Below, piece after piece: positions 20,192-31,214 of a DNA stretch of 64,000 nt. Every line of letters starts with the position of its first letter. The stretch's first letter is position 1. Both the position numbers and the translations under genes were made by a program. The notes beneath the pieces were generated by a model. The model saw only the letters and a program-made list of their open reading frames with translations. It was not told where the DNA came from and did not search any database. The stretch covers positions 15,993 to 79,992 of the forward strand of contig JAKLKC010000004.1 in NCBI GenBank assembly GCA_023150875.1, in the 5' to 3' direction. The DNA comes from Myxococcota bacterium (lineage in GTDB: Bacteria > Myxococcota_A > UBA796 > UBA9615 > JAKLKC01).

Positions 20192-22212
20192 CCGGGGGAA
20201 GCCAGGATCCGGTCGAGGTCCGCCCGGAGCAGGGGATCGGCCCTCTCCCTCCAGGCGCGGAGCACCGGCTCGCTCCGGGCCCGGGGCGCCCTCTCGGCGA
20301 TGTCAAGGACCTCGTCGGCGACGAAGGGGATCCTCTTGCCCAGCTCGCCCCACAGCCGCGCCCAGGCGCGCTCGTCGCCCCGGGCGGCCAGCACCCGGGC
20401 GGCGTACAGGCGCACGTAGACGTCCTCGTGGTCGAGCATGGCCGCGAGCCGAGGCGTGGCGCCGTCCAGCGCGCCACCGGGGAGCTCGGCGAGCCGCGCC
20501 GTCGCCACCCTCTTCAGCTCCACCGGGGCGTCCTCGATGGCGGCCACCAGCCGCTCCACCCCCTCGGGCCTGCCGAGGGAGGCGAGCAGGAACGCGGCGT
20601 GGAGGCGGGACTCGGCGTCCTCGCCCTCCAGCCACGACCGCGCCATCGGCTCCGCCCCTTCGTCCCCGAGCCGCCCCAGGGCCCTCATCAGGAGGTCCTG
20701 CTCGCCCCCCGGGGTGTGGAGCCACGGGCGCAGCAGGAACCGCACGTGGTCGTCCGGGTGCCGGGCGAGGATCTCCAGCGCCTCCCGGGCGTGACCCGAG
20801 CCGGTGGCCACCCGCACCAGGAAGGCGGTCGCGTCGGGGTGCAGCGGGCCGGGGAGCCGGGAGAGGAGGGCGATCCCCATCCCCCGGTCCTGCCAGCTCC
20901 CGGGGTCCAGGCGGGCGAGGACGGCGGGCACGACGGCGGCGTCCCCACCATCGGCCAGGAACCGCACCGCCGCGTCCCGCACCGAGTCCAGGTCGCTGGA
21001 CAGCAGCTCCTCCACCACCCGGCCGTGGTGGCGGGGGTAGTCCAGGCGGGCCAGGGCGATCACCGCGTCCCGCCGCACCACCGGGTTCGCCTCCCGGCTC
21101 GCCGCCTCCAGGGCGGGGATCGCCGCCGCATCGCCGATCCGCCCGAGGGCGACGGCCACCTCGCTGCGGACGTAGTCGTTGGGGTCCCCGAGGGCGGCGG
21201 TCAGGGCGGGCACGACGGCCTTCGCCTTCAGGTCGCCGGCCACGAAGGCGGCGTTGAACCGGATGTAGGCGCGGCGGTCCGCGAGGGCCTCCCCCAGGAA
21301 GGGGGCGGGGTCCTCGCCCAGGCGCTGCAGGGCGAAGACGACGTTGTTCACCAGGCGGGCGTCGGCGGTGCGGTCGAGCCGGCTACGCAGGAAGGGCAGG
21401 GCGGCGGGATCGCCCACCCGGCCGAGGTTGTAGATCACCCGGTTCTGGAGGTGGGGGGCGTGGTCCACCAGCGCGACGAGGGGCCGCACCGCGGCGGTGA
21501 GCCTCAGGTCCCCCGCGCGCTCCACCGAGAACTCCAGGACGTCCGGGGGCACGTCCCCCGACGGCGCGGCCCGCAGCGGCGCCACGACCACCTCTTCCAG
21601 GGCGCGGGCGGGCAGCAACCGGCGCAGGTCCCAGAGGGCCTGCTGCGTCGCGGGGTCCCAGGACGTGCGGAAGCGGTCCAGCAGGGGACGGACCGCCTGG
21701 GGATCGCCGAGGCGGCCGAGGGCCCGGACGGCCTCCTCCCTCAGGTACTCGGGCACCCCCTTCTTGCCCACCAGGTCCAGCAGCCGGGCGGTGGCCTGCC
21801 GGCTCTCCAGGGAGCCGAGCGCCTGGATCGCCCGGGAGCGCACGGCGTACTCGGGATCGTCCAGGGCGTCCAGGAGGGGGCCCAGGGCCCGCGGGTCCCG
21901 GGTGGCGGTGAGCACCAGGGCGCAGGCGGCGCGGACGTCCGGGCTCATGCTGCCCACCAGGCCGTTGACCACGGCGGGGGTCGCGGGCCGGCCGAGCCGC
22001 ACCAGGTCGCTGGTGGCGGGCAGGTCGTAGGGATCGAGGTTGATGAGCAGCCCGTCCTCCCGGGCGAGCCGCTCCAGGACCTCGCGCTTCCGGTCGGGAG
22101 CGGGGCCGGCGCTCCCGCCTCCCCCCCACGCCTCGGCGAGGGAGGTCACCAGCGCGAGGGCGCACAGCACCGCCGCGGGCAGCGCACTCCGTCGAGCCAG
22201 GATCCCGACCAT
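20188..22212 (-). CDS. Exported HEAT/PBS-lyase repeat protein
   Basis: Signal peptide; repeated units such as [17 protein letters not shown] and [17 protein letters not shown]. Confidence 0.85.
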   Translation of the reverse strand: MVGILARRSALPAAVLCALALVTSLAEAWGGGGSAGPAPDRKREVLERLAREDGLLINLDPYDLPATSDLVRLGRPATPAVVNGLVGSMSPDVRAACALVLTATRDPRALGPLLDALDDPEYAVRSRAIQALGSLESRQATARLLDLVGKKGVPEYLREEAVRALGRLGDPQAVRPLLDRFRTSWDPATQQALWDLRRLLPARALEEVVVAPLRAAPSGDVPPDVLEFSVERAGDLRLTAAVRPLVALVDHAPHLQNRVIYNLGRVGDPAALPFLRSRLDRTADARLVNNVVFALQRLGEDPAPFLGEALADRRAYIRFNAAFVAGDLKAKAVVPALTAALGDPNDYVRSEVAVALGRIGDAAAIPALEAASREANPVVRRDAVIALARLDYPRHHGRVVEELLSSDLDSVRDAAVRFLADGGDAAVVPAVLARLDPGSWQDRGMGIALLSRLPGPLHPDATAFLVRVATGSGHAREALEILARHPDDHVRFLLRPWLHTPGGEQDLLMRALGRLGDEGAEPMARSWLEGEDAESRLHAAFLLASLGRPEGVERLVAAIEDAPVELKRVATARLAELPGGALDGATPRLAAMLDHEDVYVRLYAARVLAARGDERAWARLWGELGKRIPFVADEVLDIAERAPRARSEPVLRAWRERADPLLRADLDRILASPG

Positions 22213-22386
22213 GTCACCCCCCGCTTCGGCGTGTGGGGGCGATCATACCAGCCCCGGGCTGCCGTCGCGCCGGACCGACCGTCCCGGGGGCGACTCGGGG
22301 GGCCGGATGTGATAGAGATGTCCGCCGCTCGCGCGTCGGGAGGGACCGGGCCCCGGCGCCCGGCCTCCGGAAGGACTGAGGACCGG

Positions 22387-23997
22387 ATGAAGGTTGGCAT
22401 TCCGCGGGAGGTGCTGGCCGGCGAGCGCCGCGTCGCCGGCACCCCCGACACCGTCCGAAAGCTGGTGGATCTCGGCTTCGCGGTCCAGGTGGAGTCCGGC
22501 GCCGGAGAGGCCGCGGATCAACCCGACGCCGCCTACGCCGAGGCGGGCGCCGAGGTGGTGGACGGCGCCGCCTCCCTGTGGGCCACCAGCGACCTGGTGC
22601 TGAAGGTGCGCCCCCCCACCCTGGAGGAGGCCGATCTCCTCAAGGAGGGGGCGGCCGTGGTGGGCTTCGTGTTCCCGGCGTCCCAGGGGCCCCTGCTGGA
22701 GCGGCTGGCGGCCCGGAGCGCCACCCTCCTGGCGATGGACTGCGTCCCCCGGATCAGCCGCGCCCAGAAGATGGACGCCCTGAGCTCCATGGCGAACATC
22801 GCCGGCTACCGGGCGGTGGTGGAGGCGTCGGCCCACTTCGGCCGCTTCTTCACCGGGCAGATCACCGCCGCCGGGAAGGTCCCCCCGGCGAAGGTGCTGG
22901 TGATCGGCGCCGGCGTCGCCGGGCTGGCCTCCATCGCCGCCGCCAAGGGCCTGGGGGCGATCGTGCGGGCCTTCGACACCCGCGCGGCGGTGAGGGAGCA
23001 GGTCCAGAGCCTCGGCGCCGAGTTCCTGGAGGTGGAGATCGAGGAGTCGGGGGACGGCGGGGGAGGTTACGCCCGCCAGATGAGCCCCGAGTTCATCCGG
23101 GCCGAGATGGACCTCTTCCACGCCCAGGCGAAGGAGGTGGACATCATCGTGACCACGGCCCTGGTGCCCGGGCGGCCCGCGCCCCGCCTGCTGGAGCGCC
23201 GCGCCGTGGAGGCCATGCGGCCCGGCTCGGTGATCGTGGACCTCGCCGCCGAGCAGGGGGGCAACTGCGAGCTGACGGTGCCGGGCGAGAGGGTGGTGCA
23301 CCAAGGGGTGCAGATCCTCGGCTTCACCGACCTGCCCTCCCGCATGGCGGCCACGGCGAGCCAGCTCTACGGGACCAACCTGGTCCACCTGCTCTCGGAC
23401 ATGGGGGGGGGCCGGGACTTCCGGGTCGACCTGGAGGACGAGGTGGTGCGGGGCGCCCTGGTGCTGCACCGGGGAGAGACGACCTGGCCGCCCCCCCCAC
23501 CGAAGCCCGCCCCCGAGGCGGCGGCGGCTCCGGCGGGGGCGGTCGCGCCGAAGCCGGCGGTGGGCGCGGCCCCCCGGGGGGACGCCGTCAACCCCGTGGG
23601 CCACCGCCCGCCGGATCCCCGCCCGGTGCTGGGGGGAAATGCCCTGGCGGCGCTGGGGGTGGTCGCGGCGGCGGGTTGGCTGGCGCTGCGCTACGGCCTC
23701 ACCGGGGACGCCTCGCCGGCGGCCACCCAGTTCCTCCAGCACCTCACGGTCTTCGTGCTCGCCTGCTTCGTGGGGTGGCAGGTGATCTGGAGCGTGAGCC
23801 CGGCCCTCCACACGCCCTTGATGAGCGTCACCAACGCCATCAGCGGGATCATCATCGTGGGCGGGATGCTCCAGGCCCACGGGGACCCCCTGGCGCCGGC
23901 GGCGGTGATCGGCGGCCTCGCGGTGCTGCTGGCGGCGATCAACGTCGCCGGCGGCTTCCTCGTCACCCAGCGCATGCTGCGCATGTTCAGGAAGTAG
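22387..23997 (+). CDS. pntA: NAD(P) transhydrogenase subunit alpha
   Basis: [35 protein letters not shown]-terminal TM segment [14 protein letters not shown]. Confidence 0.98.
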   Translation: MKVGIPREVLAGERRVAGTPDTVRKLVDLGFAVQVESGAGEAADQPDAAYAEAGAEVVDGAASLWATSDLVLKVRPPTLEEADLLKEGAAVVGFVFPASQGPLLERLAARSATLLAMDCVPRISRAQKMDALSSMANIAGYRAVVEASAHFGRFFTGQITAAGKVPPAKVLVIGAGVAGLASIAAAKGLGAIVRAFDTRAAVREQVQSLGAEFLEVEIEESGDGGGGYARQMSPEFIRAEMDLFHAQAKEVDIIVTTALVPGRPAPRLLERRAVEAMRPGSVIVDLAAEQGGNCELTVPGERVVHQGVQILGFTDLPSRMAATASQLYGTNLVHLLSDMGGGRDFRVDLEDEVVRGALVLHRGETTWPPPPPKPAPEAAAAPAGAVAPKPAVGAAPRGDAVNPVGHRPPDPRPVLGGNALAALGVVAAAGWLALRYGLTGDASPAATQFLQHLTVFVLACFVGWQVIWSVSPALHTPLMSVTNAISGIIIVGGMLQAHGDPLAPAAVIGGLAVLLAAINVAGGFLVTQRMLRMFRK

Positions 23998-24008
23998 GAG
24001 ACGCCGGC

Positions 24009-25421
24009 TTGGAATCCCTGCTCCTCACCGTCGCCTACATCGTCTCCAGCGTGCTGTTCATCCTGAGCCTGCGCGGCCTCTCCGCCCAGGAGACGGCCCG
24101 CCGCGGCAACGCCTACGGGTTCGCGGGGATGGCCCTGGCGGTGCTCGCCACCGCGACCTCCCAGGCCATCGACTCCTACGCCCTGCTGCTCCTCGCCCTC
24201 GTGGTGGGCAGCGCCGTGGGGGCGGCCATGGCCTCCCGGGTGGCGATGACGGCGATGCCCGAGCTGGTGGCGCTGCTCCACAGCTTCGTGGGCGCGGCGG
24301 CGGTGCTGGTGGGCTTCGCCAGCTACCTCGGCGACGCGGGAGGGCACGGCCCCCGGGGGATCCTGCTGGGGGAGATCGCCGTCGACGTGTTCATCGGATC
24401 CCTGACCTTCACGGGATCGGTGGTGGCCTTCCTGAAGCTCCGGGGCAGCGTCTCGGGCAAGCCCCTGATCCTGCCCGCCCGCCACGCCCTGAACGCCGGC
24501 CTCCTGACCGCCTGCGTCGTCCTCTCGGTGGCCTTCGGCCTCGCCCCCGACACGGCGGGCCTCCTCTACCTGGTGGGTGCCGCCCTCCTCTCGGGGGTGC
24601 TGGGGGTCCACCTGGTGGCGGCCATCGGCGGGGCGGACATGCCGGTGGTGGTCTCCCTCCTCAACAGCTACTCCGGGTGGACCGCCGCGGCGGCGGGCTT
24701 CATGCTGGGCAACGACCTGCTGATCATCACCGGCGCCCTGGTGGGCTCCAGCGGCGCCATCCTCAGCATCATCATGTGCCGGGCGATGAACCGCTCGATC
24801 TGGAACGTGGTCTTCAGCGGCTTCGGCTCCGACTCCGGCGCCCAGGCCCGGCCCCAGTCGGGTCCCGCCGACGCCCAGGGCGAGGTGGTGGAGACCGACG
24901 TGGAGGAGACCGCGGCCTCCCTGCTGGCCGCCCGGGACGTGGTCATCGTGCCCGGCTACGGAATGGCGGTGGCCCGGGCCCAGCACGCGGTGAACGAGCT
25001 GACCGAGACGCTCCGGGCCCGGGGGGCGAAGGTGCGCTTCGCCATCCACCCCGTCGCGGGCCGCCTGCCTGGCCACATGAACGTCCTCCTGGCGGAAGCC
25101 GACGTCCCCTACGACATCGTCCTGGAGATGGACGAGATCAACGACGACTTCCCCCGAACCGACGTGGTGCTGGTGATCGGCGCCAACGACATCGTGAACC
25201 CGGGGGCCCTGACCGACGCGTCGAGCCCGATCTACGGGATGCCGGTGCTGAAGGTGTGGGAGTCGGGCCGGGTGGTGATGTTCAAGCGGGGCCGTTCGGC
25301 GGGCTACGCCGGGGTGGACAACCCGCTGTTCTACGAGCGCAACACCCGCATGCTCTTCGGCGACGCCCGCCAGACCATGGACCGCCTGGTCGCCGCCGTG
25401 AAGGCCCGCGCCGCGGCCTGA
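24009..25421 (+). CDS. pntB: NAD(P) transhydrogenase subunit beta
   Basis: TTG start after [60 protein letters not shown]. Confidence 0.98.
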   Translation: MESLLLTVAYIVSSVLFILSLRGLSAQETARRGNAYGFAGMALAVLATATSQAIDSYALLLLALVVGSAVGAAMASRVAMTAMPELVALLHSFVGAAAVLVGFASYLGDAGGHGPRGILLGEIAVDVFIGSLTFTGSVVAFLKLRGSVSGKPLILPARHALNAGLLTACVVLSVAFGLAPDTAGLLYLVGAALLSGVLGVHLVAAIGGADMPVVVSLLNSYSGWTAAAAGFMLGNDLLIITGALVGSSGAILSIIMCRAMNRSIWNVVFSGFGSDSGAQARPQSGPADAQGEVVETDVEETAASLLAARDVVIVPGYGMAVARAQHAVNELTETLRARGAKVRFAIHPVAGRLPGHMNVLLAEADVPYDIVLEMDEINDDFPRTDVVLVIGANDIVNPGALTDASSPIYGMPVLKVWESGRVVMFKRGRSAGYAGVDNPLFYERNTRMLFGDARQTMDRLVAAVKARAAA

Positions 25422-25550
25422 GGGGGGGACCGGGGCGGACCGGCGATCCCGGGCACACCCTGACCCGGTCGAAGGCGCCGACTTTCGCAAGGGGGCGCCC
25501 CCGCGGACCGAGGCGGGGCACCCTGCCCCCCCGCCGCGCCCGGAGGTCCC

Positions 25551-26144
25551 ATGACCGCTCCCGCCCCCCTCTCCTTGGCCGCGCGCGCCCTTCCCCTCCT
25601 CGGCCTCGCCGGCCTGGCGGCGGCCCTCTCCCTCCCCGCCTGCCAGCCCGATCCGGGGGACGACGACGACAGCGCCGGAGACGACGACAGCGCCGGGGAC
25701 GACGACACCGCGGCGGACGACGACAGCGCCGCCGACGACGACAGCGCCGCGGACGACGACACCGCCGCGGACGACGACACCGCGCCGCCGGTGGGGGGAT
25801 CGGTGGCCTGGTCCGACGAGCTCCCCAACCCCTACATCCTGGAGCTCGACGGCAGCACCGCCCTGGACTTCGGGTTGGCGTACACGGTGGTCCTGCCCGA
25901 GCCCAACGAGCCGGCGGCGACCGTCACCCTCGCGGTCTGCTACCAGCAGGCGGGGGAGGCGGAGTCCTGCTCCGACCACGCGTTGGACGCCGTCGAGGGC
26001 GACGGCATGATCCGCTGGGGCATCGACCCCGAGTCCTGGGAGGTCGGCCTGAACCTCTACTCCCACACCCTGCGCCTGGAGCAGGACGGCACCCTGCTGG
26101 ACTCCGCCACCCTGAGCTGGGAGGTGACGGTGACGGGCGTGTAG
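25551..26144 (+). CDS. Hypothetical lipoprotein with DDDSA/DDDTA repeat tether
   Basis: Signal peptide ending SLPAC; seven DDD[S/T]A units; GGAGG upstream of the start. Confidence 0.85.
   Translation: MTAPAPLSLAARALPLLGLAGLAAALSLPACQPDPGDDDDSAGDDDSAGDDDTAADDDSAADDDSAADDDTAADDDTAPPVGGSVAWSDELPNPYILELDGSTALDFGLAYTVVLPEPNEPAATVTLAVCYQQAGEAESCSDHALDAVEGDGMIRWGIDPESWEVGLNLYSHTLRLEQDGTLLDSATLSWEVTVTGV
25659..25785 (+). repeat. Coding 18-nt tandem repeat encoding DDD[S/T]A[G/A]
   Basis: About seven GACGACGAC-(AGC/ACC)-GCC-NNN units. Confidence 0.9.
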
Positions 26145-26226
26145 ACCCCCGGGAGGAAGGGCCTCCCTTGCCCGCGGGAGCCCGCGGCGCGAGACTGGCG
26201 ACGGAGCGGACGGGGGGGGGGACCGG

Positions 26227-27345
26227 GTGGTGGGAGAGACCGTGGGAGCGAGCGACGCCCTGGACCGGGTGCCGTGTGGGAGCTGCGGGGCGAACCTGGA
26301 GTGGGACCCGGGGGAGGTGGCCCTCACCTGCCCCTACTGCGGGCACGTCCAGGCCGTGCTCCCCCCGGGAGGGATCCCCGGCGGGGCCGTCGTGGAGCAT
26401 CCCCTCTCCGAGGCCCTCTCGGACCTGCCCCGGGACCTGGGGATCGCGCTGCGGAAGATCGAGTGCCGGACCTGCGCCGCGGTCACCGATCTCGACCCCG
26501 GGGTGTACGCCGGCACCTGCGCCTTCTGCGGATCCCCCCAGGTGGGCGAGGTCCAGAGCCGCGGCGCCGTCCGGCCCGAGTCCCTGATCCCCTTCATGGT
26601 GGACCGGGATCGGGCCGCCGCCCTCTTCGACCGGTGGCTCGGGAAGCTGTGGTTCCGACCCTCGGACATGCGACGCCTCGCCCGCCTGGGACAGGTCCGG
26701 GGGATCTACCTGCCCTGCTACACCTTCGACGCCCAGGCGGACTCGTCCTGGACGGCCATGGCGGGCTACCACTACTACGAGTCCCAGACCTACACCGCCC
26801 AGGAGAACGGCCGGAACGTCACCCGGACGAGGCAGGTGCAGAAGACCCGTTGGGTCCCCGCCAGCGGCCACCACTCGGGCTTCTACGACGACGTGCTCGT
26901 GGGCGCCGGCCGGGGGTTGGAACCCAAGGAGCTGGCCGCCGTCGAACCCTTCGCCACCCAGGCCCTCGTCCCCTACCGCCCCGAGTTCCTCGCCGGCTTC
27001 GGCGCCGAGGAGCACGGGATGGAGCCCCGGGACGCCTGGCCGCGGGCCGAGGCCACCCTCCACGAGCGAGAGCGCGCCGCCTGCGCCGCCCAGGTCCCCG
27101 GCGACACCCACCGCGCCCTGGACGTCCACACCGTCCTGACCCGGCAGACCTTCAAGTCGGTCCTCCTCCCCGTGTACGTCGCCCCCTGGCGCTACCGCGA
27201 CCGCGCCTTCCGGGTGGTGATCAACGGTCAGACCGAGAAGGTCGCCGGCACCGCCCCCTGGAGCGTGGTCAAGATCGTCCTGGCGGTGCTCCTGCTGGTC
27301 GCCGTCGTCGCCGGGATCGCCTGGTGGCGCGGACAGGGGGGCTGA
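26227..27345 (+). CDS. Double zinc-ribbon membrane-anchored protein (family usually found with SPFH proteins)
   Basis: CGSCG, CPYCG, CRTC, CAFCG; RPESLIPF, YLPCYTFD, LLPVY, INGQTEKVAG.AP, C-terminal TM. Confidence 0.8.
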   Translation: MVGETVGASDALDRVPCGSCGANLEWDPGEVALTCPYCGHVQAVLPPGGIPGGAVVEHPLSEALSDLPRDLGIALRKIECRTCAAVTDLDPGVYAGTCAFCGSPQVGEVQSRGAVRPESLIPFMVDRDRAAALFDRWLGKLWFRPSDMRRLARLGQVRGIYLPCYTFDAQADSSWTAMAGYHYYESQTYTAQENGRNVTRTRQVQKTRWVPASGHHSGFYDDVLVGAGRGLEPKELAAVEPFATQALVPYRPEFLAGFGAEEHGMEPRDAWPRAEATLHERERAACAAQVPGDTHRALDVHTVLTRQTFKSVLLPVYVAPWRYRDRAFRVVINGQTEKVAGTAPWSVVKIVLAVLLLVAVVAGIAWWRGQGG

Positions 27346-27349
27346 GCGC

Positions 27350-29185
27350 TCAGCCCGGCAGCCAGCGCCTCCAGAACGCCTTGCGCTCCCGCAGCCAGCG
27401 GTCGAGGCCGCGGTTCTCGGGGGCGGTGGCCAGGTCGGCGCCCCGGCCATAGGACTGGTAGCGGTGGCGGCCCAGAGGGGGGAAGCCGCTCCAGTGGGTC
27501 GCCTTCACCGCGGGGCGCCGGTCCCGCCCGTGGAGCACCCACACCTCGGCCGCCTCGCCCCCCGGCGCCTGCCGCCCCGCCAGGCGATGCACGCCCCGAC
27601 CCAGCTCCACCACCTCGCCATCGGCGACGGGGGTCCCGTCCAGGGTCGCCTCCCCCCGGAACGGGGCGCGGAAGACCACGGTGTAGGCGCCCGCCGCCAG
27701 CGCCTCGACGTCCGCCTCCGCCGCGCCCCCCGCTGGCACCTCCACCCGGCCGCCGTGGAGGAGCAGGTTGTCGGCGTACGGCAGGTAGTGGCTCCGCACG
27801 AAGGCCCGCTCCTCGGGTGTGAGGTAGCGCTCGCGGCTCATGTACTCGTACACGTAGAACAGCGCCGGCGCCGCCCGCCACTCCTCCACCAGCCCGCCGT
27901 CCTCCTCCCTCTGCCAGCTCCGGTTCAGGGCCGTGTTGAAGAAGCCCACCATCGGGTAGCCGGGCACCAGCCCGATCCCGTCGGCGTAGGGCACGGGCTC
28001 GGGATACAGGGCGTGGGCGGCGCGCATGATCGCCCGCTGGTACCCGTTGTGGACCGCCAGGTAGGTGCCGTACCACGGCACGGCGATCGCCGCCACCAGC
28101 GCCAGGGCCACCCCGCCGAGGAGCAGGCCCGCGGCGCGACTCCGCCGCGCCAGCGCCGCCGCGCCCGCCCCCGCCACCACCGCCAGGAAGGGCTCGAAGT
28201 GGGCGACGTAGTACATGAAGAAGCCGCGGTGGAAGGCGATGGTGGAGAGCATCGCCAGGGGGAAGGCCACCACCGCCGCCACCCGGGCGCGGGGGGGAAG
28301 GCCCGCGGCGGAGGCGGGGCTCCCGGGGGACGCGGGGGGGCGCAGCATCAGGGGGATCGCCGCCAGCGCCGCCAGCCCGTAGGAGAGGGGACCCAGGTGG
28401 GCGGCCTTCTTCAGGGCCCCGTAGCGCGCCTCGAGGCCGCCCCCCTCCGCGAAGGCGGTGCCCGCGGCGGCGCCGAGGTTCCGGCGCACGAACTCCAGGC
28501 CCAGCCCGGAGATCGCCGCCATGAACCCGTACCACCCCACCACCACCGCCGCCGCCACCAGGTCCGCCGCCCCGAGGAAGGCCAGGGTGCCGGGGAGGGC
28601 CGCCCTCCGGGTCCCCGCCGGGCGGGCCGCCCAGGCCGCGGCGGCGGCGGCGTGGAAGGCGGCGAGGGGGTACACCGACTTCTGGCTCACGCAGCAGGCC
28701 ACCCCGAAGACCAGCCCCACCCAGGCCCCCCGCCGAGCGCCGGTGGGGCGGTCCACCAGGGCGGCCAGGGCCAGCAGCGCCAGCGGGGTGGCGAAGGAGT
28801 CGGTCCGCAGCTCCACGGCGTGGGCCAGCCAGTTCCCCCCCACCAGAAGCGCCGCCGCCGCCGCCGCGCCCGCCCCCCTGGGGCCGATCCTCTCCGCCAG
28901 CCTCCCCGCCAGCAGGGCGGTGCCGGTGGCGGCGCCGAGGGCCACCATCCGCCCGCCCAGGAAGGCCGCCTCGGGGCTCCCCAGCCACAGCAGGGGCACC
29001 AGCGCGAAGAAGAGCAGCCCCGGCCGGCCCGGCTCGGCGAAGTCGCCGAATCGGAAGTCCGTGACGTGGCGGAGCAGGTTGTACTCGTCGCAGTGCCCCG
29101 CCGCCCGCCACGCCAGGGGCGCGTAGGCGGCCAGCCCCAGCAGGCACACCACCGCCAGGGCCCGATCACACTTCGCCCCCCTCAC
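27350..29185 (-). CDS. GT-C superfamily (ArnT/PMT-like) glycosyltransferase
   Basis: TM followed by the HCDE acidic pair, RPGL, ELRTD, SQK, multiple TMs and a periplasmic C-terminal domain; GTG start overlaps the NUDIX stop. Confidence 0.7.
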   Translation of the reverse strand: MRGAKCDRALAVVCLLGLAAYAPLAWRAAGHCDEYNLLRHVTDFRFGDFAEPGRPGLLFFALVPLLWLGSPEAAFLGGRMVALGAATGTALLAGRLAERIGPRGAGAAAAAALLVGGNWLAHAVELRTDSFATPLALLALAALVDRPTGARRGAWVGLVFGVACCVSQKSVYPLAAFHAAAAAAWAARPAGTRRAALPGTLAFLGAADLVAAAVVVGWYGFMAAISGLGLEFVRRNLGAAAGTAFAEGGGLEARYGALKKAAHLGPLSYGLAALAAIPLMLRPPASPGSPASAAGLPPRARVAAVVAFPLAMLSTIAFHRGFFMYYVAHFEPFLAVVAGAGAAALARRSRAAGLLLGGVALALVAAIAVPWYGTYLAVHNGYQRAIMRAAHALYPEPVPYADGIGLVPGYPMVGFFNTALNRSWQREEDGGLVEEWRAAPALFYVYEYMSRERYLTPEERAFVRSHYLPYADNLLLHGGRVEVPAGGAAEADVEALAAGAYTVVFRAPFRGEATLDGTPVADGEVVELGRGVHRLAGRQAPGGEAAEVWVLHGRDRRPAVKATHWSGFPPLGRHRYQSYGRGADLATAPENRGLDRWLRERKAFWRRWLPG

Positions 29186-29631
29186 CCGCGGCCCCCCCGG
29201 GCGCGGGCCAGGGCCGCCTCCAGGACCGGCATCAGCCCCTCGGTGAGGGGGAGGGCCGCCGCCTCCCCCAGGGTCAGCCAGGCCACCGCCTCGGCGTCGT
29301 CCCCGGCGCGGAGCGCGCCCCCCAGGGGGGTGGCGAGCCAGTCCACGATGACGTAGTGGCTCCTCACCCGCCCGTCCCCGTCCCGGGCGACGCGGTCCAC
29401 CACCGCCAGCACCTCCGTCGCCCGCACCGACAGCCCCGTCTCCTCCCGGGCCTCCCGCTCCGCCGCCGCCGCCGTCCCCTCCCCCAGCTCCACCAGGCCC
29501 CCGGGCGCGCTCCACCGCCCCCGGGCGGGCTCCCGCCCCCGCCGGACGAGCAGGACCCGATCCCCGTCCACCACGACGGCCGCGGCGGCGACGAGGGGGC
29601 TCTTTGGGTAGTCCCGGGGGGGAAAGGACAT
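29182..29631 (-). CDS. NUDIX hydrolase (ADP-ribose pyrophosphatase-like)
   Basis: Nudix box GGLVELGEGTAAAAEREAREETGL; HYVIVD, AGDDA. Confidence 0.93.
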   Translation of the reverse strand: MSFPPRDYPKSPLVAAAAVVVDGDRVLLVRRGREPARGRWSAPGGLVELGEGTAAAAEREAREETGLSVRATEVLAVVDRVARDGDGRVRSHYVIVDWLATPLGGALRAGDDAEAVAWLTLGEAAALPLTEGLMPVLEAALARARGGRG

Positions 29632-29706
29632 CGGGGCGGCGGGCGGTGGCTGGAGGGGGGGCCATCCTGCCCGACACATCCGCGGGCGGCAAGACCGGTC
29701 CCGGGG

Positions 29707-30312
29707 TCAGCCCTCCCTGCGCATCCGGGCGCGGCGGCCGCGGCCCCCGAGGGAGCGGCCCCGGAGGCTGAAGGGGGCTCGAAAGGCGTCGTGGACCTCG
29801 CCCAGGGGCGTGGCGGCCAGGAGCCAGCGCCGGGCGCCACCCGGGGGGGGTGGGTAGGTGAGGGGGCCGCTCCCCCGGAGGAGGCCCTCGGCCTCGGGAT
29901 CGCCGTCCGACGCCCTCTCCACGATCCGCGCCTGCTGCTCGGGGCCGTAGGCGGCGAAGGGGGCGTCCAGGGAGGGCACGTCGTAGGCCCCCCGGCCGAA
30001 CCGCGCCTGCTGGGCCAGGGAGATCCACATGTAGCTGCGGGGACCGGCGCCGTTCTGGGCCTGCCAGGCGTGGGTGAGCTCGTGCAGCAGCAGCCGCCTG
30101 TCCGGCAACGAGACGGGCGGCCCCCCCGCCAGGTCCCGCGAGAAGCGCTCCCTCCCCACGAACACGTACGAGGTCCGCAGGAGGGTCAGCACGAACGGCC
30201 GGGACCCCCAGCCCAGGCGGGGCACCAGGCGCACCCGGCGCACGTCCAGGGTGTCGCCGAACCACCGGCGGGCCAGGTCGGCCTCCGCCGGGTGCAGGGG
30301 GCGGGTGGGCAT
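29707..30312 (-). CDS. HExxH zincin-like protein (DUF4157-like)
   Basis: LARRWFGDTLDVRRVRL, LLLHELTHAWQ, YGPEQQARIVE. Confidence 0.75.
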   Translation of the reverse strand: MPTRPLHPAEADLARRWFGDTLDVRRVRLVPRLGWGSRPFVLTLLRTSYVFVGRERFSRDLAGGPPVSLPDRRLLLHELTHAWQAQNGAGPRSYMWISLAQQARFGRGAYDVPSLDAPFAAYGPEQQARIVERASDGDPEAEGLLRGSGPLTYPPPPGGARRWLLAATPLGEVHDAFRAPFSLRGRSLGGRGRRARMRREG

Positions 30313-30428
30313 GGTCGGATCATGGCACCGTGCCGGCCCCTCCGCCACCCCTGGGCCACCCCGGGGTGGGTCGCGGCACGGCCTTCGCACTCCCCCGCGG
30401 GGGGACCGCCACACGAAGGGAGATCGCG

Positions 30429-30914
30429 ATGGCCCACAAGGTCATGAGCAACGAGAAGATCTGCGACCACCTCAACACCCTCATCCAGGTGGACTTCGAC
30501 GCCATCTCCGCCTACGACGCCGCCATCGAGCGCCTCGAGGGCGACGACGAGGCGAGGCGGGCGCTGGAGGGGTTCCGGCAGGACCACCTGCGCCACACCC
30601 AGGACCTGGGTCGCCTCGTCGAGCAGTGCGGTGGCCAGCCCGCCACCCGCGGCGACGCCAAGTCCTTCGTGACCAAGGGCATGGTGATGTTGGGCGGCCT
30701 GCTGGGCAACGAGGCGGTGCTCCGCGCCATGAACACCAACGAGCGGGTCACCAACGAGTACTACGAGCGGGCGCTGCACAAGGACTTCCCCGAGAACGTG
30801 ATGGACGTCGTGCGCCGGAACCGCGAGGACGAGCGCCGCCACAAGTCCTGGATCGAGGCGCGCCTGGAGCGGGGCCGCGCCAAGGGGGCGCCGGAGCCCC
30901 GCGCGGGCATGTAG
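30429..30914 (+). CDS. Ferritin-like four-helix bundle protein (DUF2383/PA2169-like)
   Basis: LNTLIQVDFDAISAY, DHLRH, NE..TNEYYERAL, EDERRH. Confidence 0.85.
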   Translation: MAHKVMSNEKICDHLNTLIQVDFDAISAYDAAIERLEGDDEARRALEGFRQDHLRHTQDLGRLVEQCGGQPATRGDAKSFVTKGMVMLGGLLGNEAVLRAMNTNERVTNEYYERALHKDFPENVMDVVRRNREDERRHKSWIEARLERGRAKGAPEPRAGM

Positions 30915-30923
30915 CCCCCCGAT

Positions 30924-30960
30924 CGTGGCCCCGACGCCCACCCGGGCGAGTCGGGGCCAC
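30924..30960 (+). terminator. GC-rich hairpin downstream of the ferritin-like gene
   Basis: GTGGCCCCGAC..GTCGGGGCCAC inverted repeat; no U-tract, so terminator function is uncertain. Confidence 0.45.
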
Positions 30961-31024
30961 GCCGGCGGGATCCCTTTCCCCGCACCGCCCCCTCCGCTCC
31001 CGGCCCCGATCCTCCGCCCGCGGC

Positions 31025-31053
31025 TTGCGGGCGCGCCGGAGCGGGCCTAACCT
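31025..31053 (+). promoter_or_regulatory. Putative sigma70 promoter of mgtE
   Basis: TTGCGG-N17-TAACCT. Confidence 0.55.
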
Positions 31054-31059
31054 TCCCGA

Positions 31060-31214
31060 CGCGACCGGCGGGGCGTTCCCGTCCCAGCCGGCCCGCGGAA
31101 CCTCAGGGTCCAGACCAGAGATGCACGCCGACGGCGGAGACATGGGCACCGGCCCAGAACCGCGCCCAGCGCCAGGCTAGTCGGGGGGACGCCCCCCGAA
31201 AGGGGAGGTGTCCC
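31060..31214 (+). promoter_or_regulatory. Structured mgtE 5' leader with Pro-rich uORF (31121-31180) and Shine-Dalgarno-sequestering hairpin
   Basis: uORF MHADGGDMGTGPEPRPAPG*; hairpin 31186-31214 GGGACGCC-CCCC-GAAA-GGGG-A-GGTGTCCC covers GGAGG; alternative hairpin TCGGGGGG-ACG-CCCCCCGA at 31181-31199. Confidence 0.6.

Noticed and set aside
25659..25785. Tandem GACGACGAC repeats (also near 10980 and 42530) as a CRISPR array
   Set aside because: They are in-frame coding repeats without unique spacers, and there are no cas genes.
31095..31180. Resemblance of the mgtE leader to a glycine riboswitch (CTCAGG, CGCCGACGG), M-box or 6S RNA
   Set aside because: The motifs are in the wrong order or incomplete, and I could not build the required stems.
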